From positions 155,486 to 219,485 of the forward strand of contig CBDHHF010000026.1 in the NCBI GenBank assembly GCA_965263205.1: DNA of 64,000 nucleotides, read 5' to 3'. Of the stretch, positions 1 through 10,504 are shown piece after piece. The position numbers and the translations under genes were made by a program. This DNA comes from Rhodothermales bacterium (GTDB lineage: Bacteria; Bacteroidota; Rhodothermia; Rhodothermales; JAHQVL01). A model generated the notes under the pieces. The model was not told where the DNA came from, searched no databases, and saw only the letters and a list, made by a program, of their open reading frames with translations. The stretch's first letter is position 1. Each line of letters begins with the position of its first letter.

Positions 1-109
1 GCCGGCTTTGCTGACACCCACGGGATTTTGGAAGGCGACACGATTGCCTGGCGAAGGGGGTAGGCGTGCCGGATTTATTTCATCAGTCACATAAGCAAGC
101 TTATGTTCG

Positions 110-562
110 TGTCGAGTGCCGAATGCCGATTGGGTTTTAGCAAACAGCCTTCTCATACCGTCATTCCCAGCTTGACCGGGGATCCACAGGTATTACACAG
201 AGCATTTTCTTAGGCTCGATGGTGTCAATCATTCGGGTGGATGCCCTGACTTGGAATGCCGAATGCCGATTGACGAGTGCCGATTGATTTTTTAGGGAAA
301 GGCCTCAGCGTCTTTCCTAGCTTGACTGGGAATCCACAGGTATTACACAGAGCTTTCTTAGGCTCGAAGGTGTCAATCATTCGGGTGGATGCCCTGACTT
401 GGAATGCCGAATGCCGATTGTCGAGTGCCGATTGATTTTTAGGGAAAGGCCTCAGCGTCATTCCCAGCTTGACTGGGAGTCCACAGGTATTACACAGAGC
501 ATTTTCTTAGGCTCGATGGTGTCAATCATTCGGGTGGATGCCCAATCGAGTTGGGAATGACG
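110..562. repeat. Tandem array of three ~148-bp units built on a REP-like palindrome (CGTCATTCCCAGCTTGACTGGGAATCC ... GGATGCCCAATCGAGTTGGGAATGACG)
   Basis: Units start at 159, 309 and 456 with near-identical sequence; the last unit closes with an inverted copy ending at 562. Confidence 0.85.
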
Positions 563-620
563 TATAACAGTAAACGAAAGCACGGAATCCCGAAAACAGA
601 GCCTCCGAAAGCACGAATGG

Positions 621-953
621 CTACAGCCCAAACGACTCGCCGCAGGCGCAATTGCGGATGGCCTGGGGGTTCATGAAATGAAATCCTTTCCCCTCCAATC
701 CATCAGAGAAATCGAGCTCTGAGCCCATCAGATAGGCATAACTCCGCTTATCGAGAACGACCCGCACGTCGCCGATTTGCTGCACATCATCTTGCTCCAT
801 TTGTGTGGTATCCCATCCCAAATCGTACGTCAGCCCAGAACAGCCACCCGGCACTACGGCAATACGTAGCATGGTTTCATTGAGATCAACTGCCTCTTTA
901 GAAGCTGATTCCATAATTTTACTGAGCGCGCGATCGGTAATCTGCAATTCCAT
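621..953 (-). CDS. sufA: HesB/IscA/SufA A-type Fe-S carrier
   Basis: GGCSG and CACGESF motifs; divergent from sufB. Confidence 0.9.
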   Translation of the reverse strand: MELQITDRALSKIMESASKEAVDLNETMLRIAVVPGGCSGLTYDLGWDTTQMEQDDVQQIGDVRVVLDKRSYAYLMGSELDFSDGLEGKGFHFMNPQAIRNCACGESFGL

Positions 954-1137
954 TGTTTACCGGAGCCTTGTTATGGGTATAGAAAACGGAGTCATACTTT
1001 CTGTGGGATGTACCTTCGCTATGTTACACAGTTCCTGACACCCCTGTTCATCCCCCTGCCAGTGGATCGTGATCTTTTCGTTAATCTTATTATAGACTAA
1101 ATCCAAATAAGGGAACGAAACGTATTTCGGCGGGTTG

Positions 1138-1180
1138 TTGACAAAAGTTTACACCACCAGTTTGTAAACAGTTGTTTACA
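1138..1180 (+). promoter_or_regulatory. Putative suf promoter/operator: TTGACA plus palindrome TGTAAACA-GT-TGTTTACA
   Basis: TTGACA at 1138-1143; perfect 8-bp inverted repeat 1163-1180; extra half-site GTTTACA 1147-1153; lies in the sufA/sufB divergent gap. Confidence 0.45.
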
Positions 1181-1262
1181 CTGCAAAATTGAGCTATGTG
1201 AAGGCATCCGTGCCGCCACAGCTTTCCACCCGGAACGCCAACAACTGGAACGCAAAAAAGCC

Positions 1263-2723
1263 ATGAGCCAGAGCGATACCGACTTCTTGCATGAAGTAGC
1301 TGACAGTGAATACAAGTACGGATTTGTAACCGATATAGAAGCGGATACGGCTCCCAAGGGATTAAACGAAGATATTGTACGATTAATCTCTTCTAAAAAG
1401 GGAGAACCGCAGTGGATGCTTGACTGGCGTCTGCGCGCTTTTCGCCATTGGGAAACGCTGAAAGAAAAGGACAAGTATCCCCAGTGGGCGCATCTGGAAT
1501 ACCCGGAAGTAGACTTCCAGGATATCAGCTACTACTCTGCCCCGAACAACAAACCAAAATACAGCAGCCTCGACGAAGTTGAGCCTGAGTTGCTCGAAAC
1601 ATTCGAAAAGCTGGGCATTTCGCTTGAAGAGCAGAAGCGTTTGACAGGCGTGGCTGTTGACGTTGTGGTAGATAGCGTGTCTGTTGCCACCACGTTTAAA
1701 GCGCAACTTGCAGAGCTCGGTATCATTTTCTGCTCTTTCGGTGAAGCCATCGAAAACCATCCCGAACTGGTCAAAAAGTACATCGGCTCTGTTGTGCCGC
1801 ACACCGATAATTTCTATGCAGCGTTGAACTCTGCGGTCTTTTCAGATGGCTCGTTCTGCTACATTCCGAAAGGTGTCCGCTGCCCCATGGAGCTGTCAAC
1901 GTACTTCCGCATCAACGAAGCCGGCACAGGTCAGTTTGAGCGCACCTTGATCATTGCTGATGAAGACAGCTATGTGAGCTACCTTGAAGGCTGCACAGCC
2001 CCGATGCGCGATGAAAACCAGATGCACGCTGCAGTGGTCGAGATTGTCGCCCACAAAGGTGCTGAAGTAAAATACTCCACCATTCAGAACTGGTACCCGG
2101 GCAACGAAGAAGGCGTTGGCGGGATCTACAACTTTGTAACCAAGCGCGGCATTTGCCAGGGCGATCACGCCAAGATTTCCTGGACCCAGCTTGAAACGGG
2201 TAGCTCGATTACCTGGAAATACCCGAGCGTTATCCTGAAAGGTGACCATTCAGTTGGCGAGTTCTATTCTGTAGCCTTCACCAAAGGCAAGCAGCAGGCA
2301 GACACCGGCACAAAAATGATCCACCTCGGCAAAAACACGTCGAGCACAATTATCTCAAAAGGGATCTCTGCCGGCCGCAGCCAGAACAGCTACCGTGGCC
2401 TGGTGAAAGTGAATCCGAAAGCGGAGAACGCCAGAAACTTCTCGCAGTGCGACTCTATGCTGCTCGGCGACAAGTGTGGTGCGCACACCTTCCCCTACCT
2501 CGAAATTGAAAATCAATCTGCACAGGTTGAGCACGAAGCAACCACGTCGAAAGTTGGCGAAGACCAGATTTTCTACTGCAACCAGCGTGGCATCGGCGAA
2601 GAAGAAGCCATCAAGCTGATTGTAAATGGCTTCTGTAAAGACATCCTGGCCAAGCTGCCTATGGAATTTGCAGTAGAGGCCCAGAAGCTACTCGCCATCG
2701 AATTAGAAGGCAGCGTAGGCTAG
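1263..2723 (+). CDS. sufB: Fe-S cluster assembly protein SufB
   Basis: YKYGF start, [24 protein letters not shown] motifs. Confidence 0.97.
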   Translation: MSQSDTDFLHEVADSEYKYGFVTDIEADTAPKGLNEDIVRLISSKKGEPQWMLDWRLRAFRHWETLKEKDKYPQWAHLEYPEVDFQDISYYSAPNNKPKYSSLDEVEPELLETFEKLGISLEEQKRLTGVAVDVVVDSVSVATTFKAQLAELGIIFCSFGEAIENHPELVKKYIGSVVPHTDNFYAALNSAVFSDGSFCYIPKGVRCPMELSTYFRINEAGTGQFERTLIIADEDSYVSYLEGCTAPMRDENQMHAAVVEIVAHKGAEVKYSTIQNWYPGNEEGVGGIYNFVTKRGICQGDHAKISWTQLETGSSITWKYPSVILKGDHSVGEFYSVAFTKGKQQADTGTKMIHLGKNTSSTIISKGISAGRSQNSYRGLVKVNPKAENARNFSQCDSMLLGDKCGAHTFPYLEIENQSAQVEHEATTSKVGEDQIFYCNQRGIGEEEAIKLIVNGFCKDILAKLPMEFAVEAQKLLAIELEGSVG

Positions 2724-2854
2724 CTATAGCAGGGCGTCCTGCACCCAACACCCCGAAACTGGCAGATTGCTGCGAAGAATGACACGGCATTTATCCAAGC
2801 TGCATCTTTCCAAACTGCATCTGCATCTTACCAAAGAAGTGAACCCCTAACATC

Positions 2855-3613
2855 ATGCTAGAGATCAAAAATCTCCGCGTTTCGATAGAAGACGAGAACA
2901 AAGAAATTCTTAAAGGCCTGAACCTCACGGTCAATGCCGGCGAAGTGCACGCCATCATGGGCCCAAATGGCTCCGGTAAAAGTACCCTGGCCTCTGTCCT
3001 GGCTGGTCGCGATGGCTATGAAGTGACTGAAGGCTCTGTGACTTTCCAGGATGATGATTTGCTAGAACTGGAAGCTGACGAACGCGCCCTCGAAGGACTC
3101 TTCCTCGCATTTCAGTACCCTGTTGAACTGCCCGGCGTCAGCATGTCCAACTTCCTCAAGCAGGCCATCAACGCACAGCGCGAACACCGTGGCGAAGAGC
3201 CCATCACGGCGATGGAATTCCTGAAACTGCTCAAGGAAAAGGCAGAAATGGTACATCTCGACCCTAACCTGAAAAAGCGTTCAGTCAACGAAGGCTTCTC
3301 GGGCGGCGAGAAAAAACGTAATGAAATTTTTCAGATGGCGATCCTCGAACCGAAGCTTGCCATCATGGACGAAACCGACTCAGGTCTCGATATTGATGCC
3401 CTGCGTATCGTTTCAGACGGCGTAAACCAGCTCCGCTCTGATGACCGCGCATTTGTAGTTATCACGCACTACCAGCGCCTTCTCGAATACATCGTGCCCG
3501 ATTTTGTGCACGTACTCGTTGACGGCCGAATCGTTAAATCGGGTGGCAAAGAGCTTGCCCTTGAGCTCGAAGAAAAAGGCTACGACTGGATCAAGGAAGA
3601 AGTCGTTGCTTAA
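2855..3613 (+). CDS. sufC: Fe-S cluster assembly ATPase SufC
   Basis: [31 protein letters not shown]. Confidence 0.97.
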   Translation: MLEIKNLRVSIEDENKEILKGLNLTVNAGEVHAIMGPNGSGKSTLASVLAGRDGYEVTEGSVTFQDDDLLELEADERALEGLFLAFQYPVELPGVSMSNFLKQAINAQREHRGEEPITAMEFLKLLKEKAEMVHLDPNLKKRSVNEGFSGGEKKRNEIFQMAILEPKLAIMDETDSGLDIDALRIVSDGVNQLRSDDRAFVVITHYQRLLEYIVPDFVHVLVDGRIVKSGGKELALELEEKGYDWIKEEVVA

Positions 3614-3647
3614 TCGCTTGAACAACCCTAATCCCCAAATTGAATCC

Positions 3648-4976
3648 ATGAGTGTGATATCAGAACAAAAACTTCGCATGGAAGACCGGTTTCAGGCCAT
3701 GTTCGAGCAGCATAACGGACACGCGTTGAATGGTAGCAATGCTACCCTTTCAAACATCCGCCAGCAAGCCATAGAGGACTTCGCCAACGTGGGCCTTCCC
3801 CACCGTAAAACGGAAGCGTGGAAGTACACACCGATTGAAAAGGCCATCAATAAAGCGGTACAGATTCAGCTCCAGCCGGCGAAAAGTGAGTTGGGCGTTG
3901 CAGATCTCGCCCCGTATCAGATTCCAGCGCTCGACGTGTACCGCGTGGTTTTTGTAAATGGCCACATACAGCCAGCACTCGGTGACATCGCCGGCCTGCC
4001 TGAAACGGTTACACTAACGGACCTTTATTCAGCGTCCACTCAGCATGCATCGCTGCTTAACAAGCATTTTGCCCAGCATGCAGATTCAGCGTCAGAAGCA
4101 TTTGTCGCGCTTAACACGGCGTTTGCCAGAGATGGCCTGTTTCTTCACGTACCCGAGCGCGCTGTAGTCGACAAACCGATCCACGTGATTCATTTGTTCG
4201 ACGCCCCCAATGACCAGATGCTGCAGCCGCGCATGCTGTTTGTAGCAGAAGCCGGCAGCCAGGTAAAAGTGATCGAGAGCTACGCTTCGCTCGATTCTGC
4301 CGGCAGCACCTTTGTAAACGGCGTTACGGAATGGGTAGTTGAAACGCGTGCCCACGTCGATCACTACCAGTTGCAGGAATTTGGTACAGCGAGCACCGTT
4401 GTGTCAAACATCCACGCGCGTCAAGACAGTAACAGTTTCTTCAGCACACACACCACGTCACTCAGCGGCAAAATAATCAGAAACAACTTGACCATTGTGC
4501 CTGATGCTGAAGACTGTGAAAGCCACTTGTTTGGCTTTGTGCTGGGTAAAAACGACATGCATGTAGACAACCACACGCTGGTTGATCACCGCAAACCCAA
4601 TTGCTTCAGCAACGAACTCTACAAAAACATCCTTGATGATACCTCAACGGGTGTGTTCAACGGGAAGGTTTTTGTACGCCCAGATGCGCAGAAAATCAAT
4701 GCGTATCAGTCCAACAAAAGCATTACGCTCACGAAGAAGGCTAAAATGTATTCGAAGCCTGAACTTGAGATTTATGCAGATGACGTGCGCTGTAGTCATG
4801 GCGCCACCACCGGGCAGTTAGATGCTGATGCATTGTTTTATCTCAAAGCACGTGGTATTAGCGAAACCCAGGCGCGTTCACTCTTGCTCATGGCATTTGC
4901 CCGTGATGTAATTGACAACATCAAAATTGAGCCGCTGCGCGCGTTTGTTGACGAGAAAATTGCTGCGCGTCTGTAG
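3648..4976 (+). CDS. sufD: Fe-S cluster assembly protein SufD
   Basis: EAWKYT, KPELEIYADDVRCSHGAT; start placed at MSVISEQ. Confidence 0.95.
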   Translation: MSVISEQKLRMEDRFQAMFEQHNGHALNGSNATLSNIRQQAIEDFANVGLPHRKTEAWKYTPIEKAINKAVQIQLQPAKSELGVADLAPYQIPALDVYRVVFVNGHIQPALGDIAGLPETVTLTDLYSASTQHASLLNKHFAQHADSASEAFVALNTAFARDGLFLHVPERAVVDKPIHVIHLFDAPNDQMLQPRMLFVAEAGSQVKVIESYASLDSAGSTFVNGVTEWVVETRAHVDHYQLQEFGTASTVVSNIHARQDSNSFFSTHTTSLSGKIIRNNLTIVPDAEDCESHLFGFVLGKNDMHVDNHTLVDHRKPNCFSNELYKNILDDTSTGVFNGKVFVRPDAQKINAYQSNKSITLTKKAKMYSKPELEIYADDVRCSHGATTGQLDADALFYLKARGISETQARSLLLMAFARDVIDNIKIEPLRAFVDEKIAARL

Positions 4977-5044
4977 GACTGCTCGAGTGTCGAGCCGGCT
5001 ACTCCTTCCGATGCAACACTAAAGCTGTAACCAATCAACCTGCT

Positions 5045-6316
5045 ATGGCTGGTACTACCTTACATAGTACTCCTGCTGCTACTGACCATGCGGTCAAAGC
5101 GTTCGATATAGATAGGGTTCGGGCAGACTTTCCGGCATTGCACCAGGACGTGCATGGCCGGCCGCTCGTCTACCTGGACAATGGCGCAACTGCACAGAAG
5201 CCGCAGGTAGTTATCGACCGCATCCAGGCGTATTACGCCAACGAAAACAGCAACATCCACCGTGGTGTGCATTTTCTGAGCCAGCAAGCTACCGATGCAT
5301 ACGAGCAGGCGCGGGCTAAAATGCAGTGTTTCATCAATGCAGCACACGCCCACGAAGTACTCTACACGCGGGGGACGACGGAAGCAATCAACCTGATTGC
5401 TTCAACGTACGGCAGAAAGCACGTACAGGCCGGCGACGAGATTCTGATCTCGACCATGGAGCACCACTCCAACATTGTCCCCTGGCAGATGCTGTGCGAG
5501 GAGCAGGGTGCTACCCTGAAGGTAATCCCGATCAACGCGCGTGGCGAAATCGAATACGCGGCGTACCTCGACATGCTGACTGACCGCACCAAAATTGTAG
5601 CTGTGTGTCATGTCTCGAATACGCTGGGCACCATCAATCCGATTGCAAAGATGGCTGCTGCTGCGCACGCCAACGGCAGCGTAATTGTAGTAGATGGCGC
5701 CCAGGCTGCGCCCCATATGGCGATTGACGTCCAGGCGCTGGATGCCGATTTCTATGCGTTATCGAGCCACAAAATGTTTGGCCCTACGGGTGTTGGCATT
5801 TTGTATGGCAAAGAGGCGTTGCTCGACGCGATGCCCCCATACCAGGGCGGTGGTGACATGATCGACAATGTGTCATTCGAAAAGACAACGTACAACGCCC
5901 TCCCCCATAAGTTTGAAGCCGGCACCCCCAACATTGTAGGCGGTATCGCGCTGGGTACAGCGGTAGACTATGTCCAGCAGATTGGCTTTGACGCGCTGCA
6001 TGCTTATGAGACATCATTGCTGACCTATGCTACTGAAGCCTTGTTGTCCATTGATGATTTGCGCATCATCGGAACTGCCGAAGAAAAAGCCGGCGTGCTA
6101 TCCTTCCTCATTGGCGATATTCATCCCTACGATACCGGCACCATTCTCGACCAATTGGGCATTGCTGTCCGCACGGGACATCATTGTACACAACCCTTAA
6201 TGGACCATCTAGAGATCCCGGGTACAGCGCGGGCTTCCCTGGCGCTGTATAACAATGAAGCAGATATCGACCAACTCGTTGCCGGCTTGCATCGTGTAAA
6301 AAAGATGCTAGGCTAA
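5045..6316 (+). CDS. sufS: Cysteine desulfurase SufS
   Basis: YLDNGATAQKP, SSHKMFGPTG, RTGHHC. Confidence 0.96.
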   Translation: MAGTTLHSTPAATDHAVKAFDIDRVRADFPALHQDVHGRPLVYLDNGATAQKPQVVIDRIQAYYANENSNIHRGVHFLSQQATDAYEQARAKMQCFINAAHAHEVLYTRGTTEAINLIASTYGRKHVQAGDEILISTMEHHSNIVPWQMLCEEQGATLKVIPINARGEIEYAAYLDMLTDRTKIVAVCHVSNTLGTINPIAKMAAAAHANGSVIVVDGAQAAPHMAIDVQALDADFYALSSHKMFGPTGVGILYGKEALLDAMPPYQGGGDMIDNVSFEKTTYNALPHKFEAGTPNIVGGIALGTAVDYVQQIGFDALHAYETSLLTYATEALLSIDDLRIIGTAEEKAGVLSFLIGDIHPYDTGTILDQLGIAVRTGHHCTQPLMDHLEIPGTARASLALYNNEADIDQLVAGLHRVKKMLG

Positions 6317-6318
6317 CC

Positions 6319-6786
6319 ATGTCGGAGGTAACTATGGCAGATATTGCAGTAAAGGAAAACGAAATCATCGAAGAGTTTGGCTTCTTCGACGACTGGATGG
6401 GACGCTATGAGCACCTGATCGACATCGGCAGGGCCCTGCCCCCACTCGACCCATCGTTCGAAACAGACGAGTACAAAATTAAAGGCTGTCAGTCGCAGGT
6501 CTGGCTTCATGCCCGGCACGACGATAAGCAGGTATTTTTTGATGCAAACAGCGATGCAGCCATTACCAAAGGCCTTGTTGCACTGCTGGTACGCGTACTC
6601 TCCGGTCAGCCGGCGAGAGCAATTGTCAATGCCGACCTCGCATTTCTTGATCAACTAGAAATGAAAGAGCATCTGTCTCCTACCCGTAAAAACGGACTCG
6701 ATGCCATGATCAAGCAAATGAAAATGTATGCCATGGCGTTTGCCAAACTCGATGCTGGCAGCAAAACGCAAGAGACCTCTGCTTAA
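6319..6786 (+). CDS. sufE: SufE sulfur acceptor
   Basis: IKGCQSQVW, SDAAITKG, LSPTRKNG. Confidence 0.93.
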   Translation: MSEVTMADIAVKENEIIEEFGFFDDWMGRYEHLIDIGRALPPLDPSFETDEYKIKGCQSQVWLHARHDDKQVFFDANSDAAITKGLVALLVRVLSGQPARAIVNADLAFLDQLEMKEHLSPTRKNGLDAMIKQMKMYAMAFAKLDAGSKTQETSA

Positions 6787-6834
6787 CAGCAGAAGCAATA
6801 CGCATAAATCACGCGCTCGAAAAACTAAACGACT

Positions 6835-7155
6835 ATGGAAACGCCCGTAGAAAACGATCTGGAGCAACGCATCATCGGTGCGCTCAAGCAGGTATTTGAC
6901 CCGGAACTTCCGGTCAATATTTACGATCTGGGACTGATTTATGACATCAACATTTATCCGGACCAGACGGTGCACATCAGTATGACGCTTACCGCTCCCG
7001 GCTGTCCCGTTGCTGACACATTACCGCGGGAAGTTGAAGAATCGGTGCGTGATGTAGAAGGCGTGACCGATGCCCGCGTCGAATTGACCTTTGATCCCCC
7101 CTACACCATGGACATGATGACCGAAGAAGCCAAGTTTGAGCTCGGCTTCCTCTAG
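6835..7155 (+). CDS. DUF59 / SufT-like Fe-S assembly protein
   Basis: DPELPVNIYDLGLIY, MTLTAPGCP. Confidence 0.9.
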   Translation: METPVENDLEQRIIGALKQVFDPELPVNIYDLGLIYDINIYPDQTVHISMTLTAPGCPVADTLPREVEESVRDVEGVTDARVELTFDPPYTMDMMTEEAKFELGFL

Positions 7156-7166
7156 GTAACCGCACC

Positions 7167-8696
7167 ATGTATACGCATACCATCGCCATAGCAAAATGCC
7201 TGATGACGGAAGGCCGGATCGCTGACGTTGATCAGATGATCAGTCCGCTCGTTGCTGCAGTTTCAGGAGACAAGAAGCGTACGTCTGAAGCGCTCTTCCT
7301 GAAGTGTTTGCTTGCGCAGGCCCGTTTATTTGGCGGCGCATCGCCGGCGGCGGTATTGGAATTGTTTGCTGACGAAGCAGATCTGCAAACTACGGACACC
7401 ACCAAAGCCTTTGAATCTGCCATTGCTTCACTTTCGATTGGCATGGCGCTCGTGATGCCCGACGAAGCGACGCAGGATTTGCCGCGTGCACTACATCTCT
7501 TCAGAAACGCTGAAGACGTCCTGCTAGAGATCAATCGAAGCGATTACCTGCACTGGGCTTATTTGGGTGAAGCAACTGCCCTTCTGTTTCTGGGTGAACA
7601 GACAGAAGCGGAGGCGCGCATTGACCGGGCAGCCGCCTGTTTAGAAGCTGTTACAGATACCATTGCTACAAAGTGGCTGCAGTGCCTGAACGATCGCTCT
7701 CCCGACAGCTTGCCGGCAATTCATGCATGCCTTGCCTCCCTGGAAAGCATGCACGCAGCACACCGTCCAGTACCCGATGATCAACACGTATTCATTAGTG
7801 GTGTGATGCAGGACCTCATGCTCGATTGCCGGCTAGCGGCAGAGGGCACGGCTCCAATCTTAATTCAAGGTGAGCCGGGTGCCGGCAAAGAAACAACAGC
7901 CCGCCTGATCCACGCACTACAGGCCAAGCCTGGTGATGTATTTCTCCACATCGACTGCGCAAGTCCTGCCGATTCATGGGAAGCGGTAGATGCGTGTTTG
8001 TGTGCCCCGCAACCGGATCCTGCGGTAAATACAACGCTGTTTCTTAACCACATCGAGCGCCTGTCATTGCAGCAGCAGAAAACGCTGATCAACTACTTCC
8101 GGTGCATGGATGAACGCACATCTGACGGCACCAGTACCGTACGTATCATCAGTGCTTCTTCTACGAAGCTCGAAAGTCTTGTACAGTCTGGAGATTTTGA
8201 CGCAGCGCTTTTCCTGAGGCTCAAAATTTGCATGATAGAAATTCCTCCGCTTCGTATGCGAAAGCAGGATATCCCTGTGCTGGCACTGCACTTTAGCAAA
8301 ACACTTAAGCCGGCTGGTGTGTCGCGCGTGGCGATTACGGAAAAAGCATTAACGGCTTTGCTGACCTACGACTGGCCCGGCAACATCCGCCAGTTAAAAA
8401 ACGAGATCGAACGGATTCTCGTTCACATAAGCATCGACCCCTTGCCCACGATTGATGTACGTAGTCTTTCCAAAGCCATCAAACATAAAAAGAACCAGCG
8501 CTGGCTTACAAAGGACATGGGCAACGAAGCGGAATATCCGCTCGAAGAAATATTACACGATACCGAGCGAACCATTATCGAGCGCGTGCTCGAGAAATAC
8601 CAGGGACAGGTTTCGTCTGCTGCCCGTGCGCTTGGTCTGACCCGACAGGGACTCTACAAAAAACTGAAACGATTAGGCATCAATCTGACCAAATAG
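7167..8696 (+). CDS. NtrC/Fis-type AAA+ transcriptional regulator, degenerate
   Basis: Walker A GEPGAGKET, WPGNIRQL and C-terminal Fis HTH; no GAFTGA loop; Walker B reads LFLNHI. Confidence 0.8.
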   Translation: MYTHTIAIAKCLMTEGRIADVDQMISPLVAAVSGDKKRTSEALFLKCLLAQARLFGGASPAAVLELFADEADLQTTDTTKAFESAIASLSIGMALVMPDEATQDLPRALHLFRNAEDVLLEINRSDYLHWAYLGEATALLFLGEQTEAEARIDRAAACLEAVTDTIATKWLQCLNDRSPDSLPAIHACLASLESMHAAHRPVPDDQHVFISGVMQDLMLDCRLAAEGTAPILIQGEPGAGKETTARLIHALQAKPGDVFLHIDCASPADSWEAVDACLCAPQPDPAVNTTLFLNHIERLSLQQQKTLINYFRCMDERTSDGTSTVRIISASSTKLESLVQSGDFDAALFLRLKICMIEIPPLRMRKQDIPVLALHFSKTLKPAGVSRVAITEKALTALLTYDWPGNIRQLKNEIERILVHISIDPLPTIDVRSLSKAIKHKKNQRWLTKDMGNEAEYPLEEILHDTERTIIERVLEKYQGQVSSAARALGLTRQGLYKKLKRLGINLTK

Positions 8697-8700
8697 CATC

Positions 8701-9135
8701 ATGTTAGACGCGCTTTCTCCACAAGAAGAAGGCATGCCAAACGAAAGCATGCCCATCGACCGCAGCATCCGCCTGACCCATGCGGCCCTGATGACGCATG
8801 ACTTGCAAAAAGCCATCGGGTTCTATACCGATGTGTTGGGCCTGAGCTTACGTGTAGAAGAAGAAGATCCTATTCGGCTGGGTCATCAGCGCGCCATGCT
8901 TGTGGATGGCAGCGGACATGATGTGATCGAGCTGATCGAATACGCTGAATTGCAGCACGTTTCAATTCCTGGTCACGGTGCAATCAACCATGTAGGCTTC
9001 GCGCTTGCATCGCGAAACTGGCACTCACTGCGATCACGTCTCGATACCATGGGATATCCCTATCAGGAAATCGACGGCCGACTCTTCCTGCGCGATGCTG
9101 ACGAAGTGGTGTTAGAAATTGAAGTCGGCCACTAA
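8701..9135 (+). CDS. VOC/glyoxalase family protein
   Basis: LTHAAL..DLQKAIGFYTDVLGL, NHVGF, DADEVVLEI. Confidence 0.85.
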   Translation: MLDALSPQEEGMPNESMPIDRSIRLTHAALMTHDLQKAIGFYTDVLGLSLRVEEEDPIRLGHQRAMLVDGSGHDVIELIEYAELQHVSIPGHGAINHVGFALASRNWHSLRSRLDTMGYPYQEIDGRLFLRDADEVVLEIEVGH

Positions 9136-9159
9136 TGGCAAACCAATCATTGGTTTGCG

Positions 9160-9316
9160 GTTGAAAGTTGCAAGTTACAGGTTGAAAGTTTGGGGCCTCA
9201 TACCCTTAAAGCTTCCTTAACGTAACGAACGAACAGCCCCTCTCAAATCATCATGTAATGGCATTTGCAACATTGAATCAAAAAAACCTTCAACTTTCAA
9301 CCTGTAACTTGTAACC
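9160..9316. repeat. Heptamer tandem repeats (GTTRMAR-like) arranged as an inverted pair
   Basis: gttgaaa/gttgcaa/gttacag at 9160-9191 and the reverse complement at 9286-9316. Confidence 0.75.
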
Positions 9317-9323
9317 AAACAAG

Positions 9324-10504
9324 CTACCAGCCGCCTGAGGCACCGCCGCCGCCGAACGATCCGCCACCGCCGCTAAAGCTACTGCCCTCGATACCCCACT
9401 GGAATAGCCGCTGCCGAGGCACTAGACGACGCACCGCCTACATTGAAGCTCCATCCGCCAATGGTAACGGGTACGGCTTTAGCCCGTCTCTTTTGCCTTT
9501 TCTATAGCCTCACGCACTTCCTGGAATTGCGGTGATGTTTTAACGGCGCTGCAATAGTCCACATATGAAGCAAGACTTTCGTATTGCTTATGTGCGTAAC
9601 CGGCGCAAACCTGAGCAGTACGTGGTGCTGGCTTCAACAGATCTTGAGCTTGATGCGCCTACGATCGTCCACTACTACAACCTTCGCTTTCAGATCGAAC
9701 TCATATTCCGAGATGCGAAGCAGCATACCGCCATTGCAACCAGAGATACCCAATCCAAACCAACACAGCAATCACCACACCACCCCAAGGTGGTATCAAG
9801 ACTGTACCTCCAGCCAATAAGAAGGGTGTTAAGAACAGCGCCAAAAACCAGCGCATACATCCCGGTGCGAATGATGTCATAAACATCATCATAAAAGCCG
9901 GAAAACCGACAAACATAATCCCAAAGATGAGACGAACAAAAATTGGCGCATCTTCGAGATCATTACCTGAAGAAGCTGCCGGCTCATAGCTTCCCTCAAT
10001 CGTCCCAATGATTGCGCGTATGCCATTTAGCGTCCCCCCATCAAAATCGCTATTTCGGAAAGCCGGTGTTATTTCGTAGTCGATAATACGTTTCGCCAAC
10101 GCATCAGGCAGGTCACCTTCCAAACCATATCCGACCTCAATACGCATTTTCCTGTCATTGTAGGCGATCAACAACAACACACCGTTATTACGGTCAGCAC
10201 GCCCCAATCCCCAATTCCTGGCAACTTCGAGGCTATACGATTCCAGATTTGCGCCATCAAGTGTAGGAATGGTAAGTACAGCAATTTGATTGGTGGTAGA
10301 ATCCTCGTGCAAGGCAAGCAATGTCGTAAGCTCACGCTCGGTATCGGGACGCAATATTTCGGCAAGGTCTACAACACGGCCTGTGAGAGGCGGAATTGTA
10401 GGCTGGGCATAGGCTGACGCTGCAGGTAATGCATTACCCAAAATGAGCAAAACAAGCACTACCTTAACAGCCGGCCAGTGGGTCGCCAGGCGGTTAGTCA
10501 TCAT
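9324..10504 (-). pseudogene. TPM-domain (YgcG-like) membrane protein with Gly-rich tail, interrupted near the 3' end
   Basis: GRVVDLA, NGVLLLIA..DRKMRIEVGYGLEG; the FSGGGGSFGGGGASGGW* tail lies at 9324-9380, beyond an inserted fragment and out of frame. Confidence 0.75.
9565..9729 (+). mobile_element. Internal fragment of a DDE transposase (IS4/IS701-like)
   Basis: VLASTD...YYNLRFQIELIFRDAKQH resembles the Y-x2-R-x2-IE-x2-FR-x2-K signature; no terminal repeats seen. Confidence 0.65.

Noticed and set aside
110-562. CRISPR array or coding ORF 225..461
   Set aside because: Whole units repeat with no spacers; the ORF is just translated repeat
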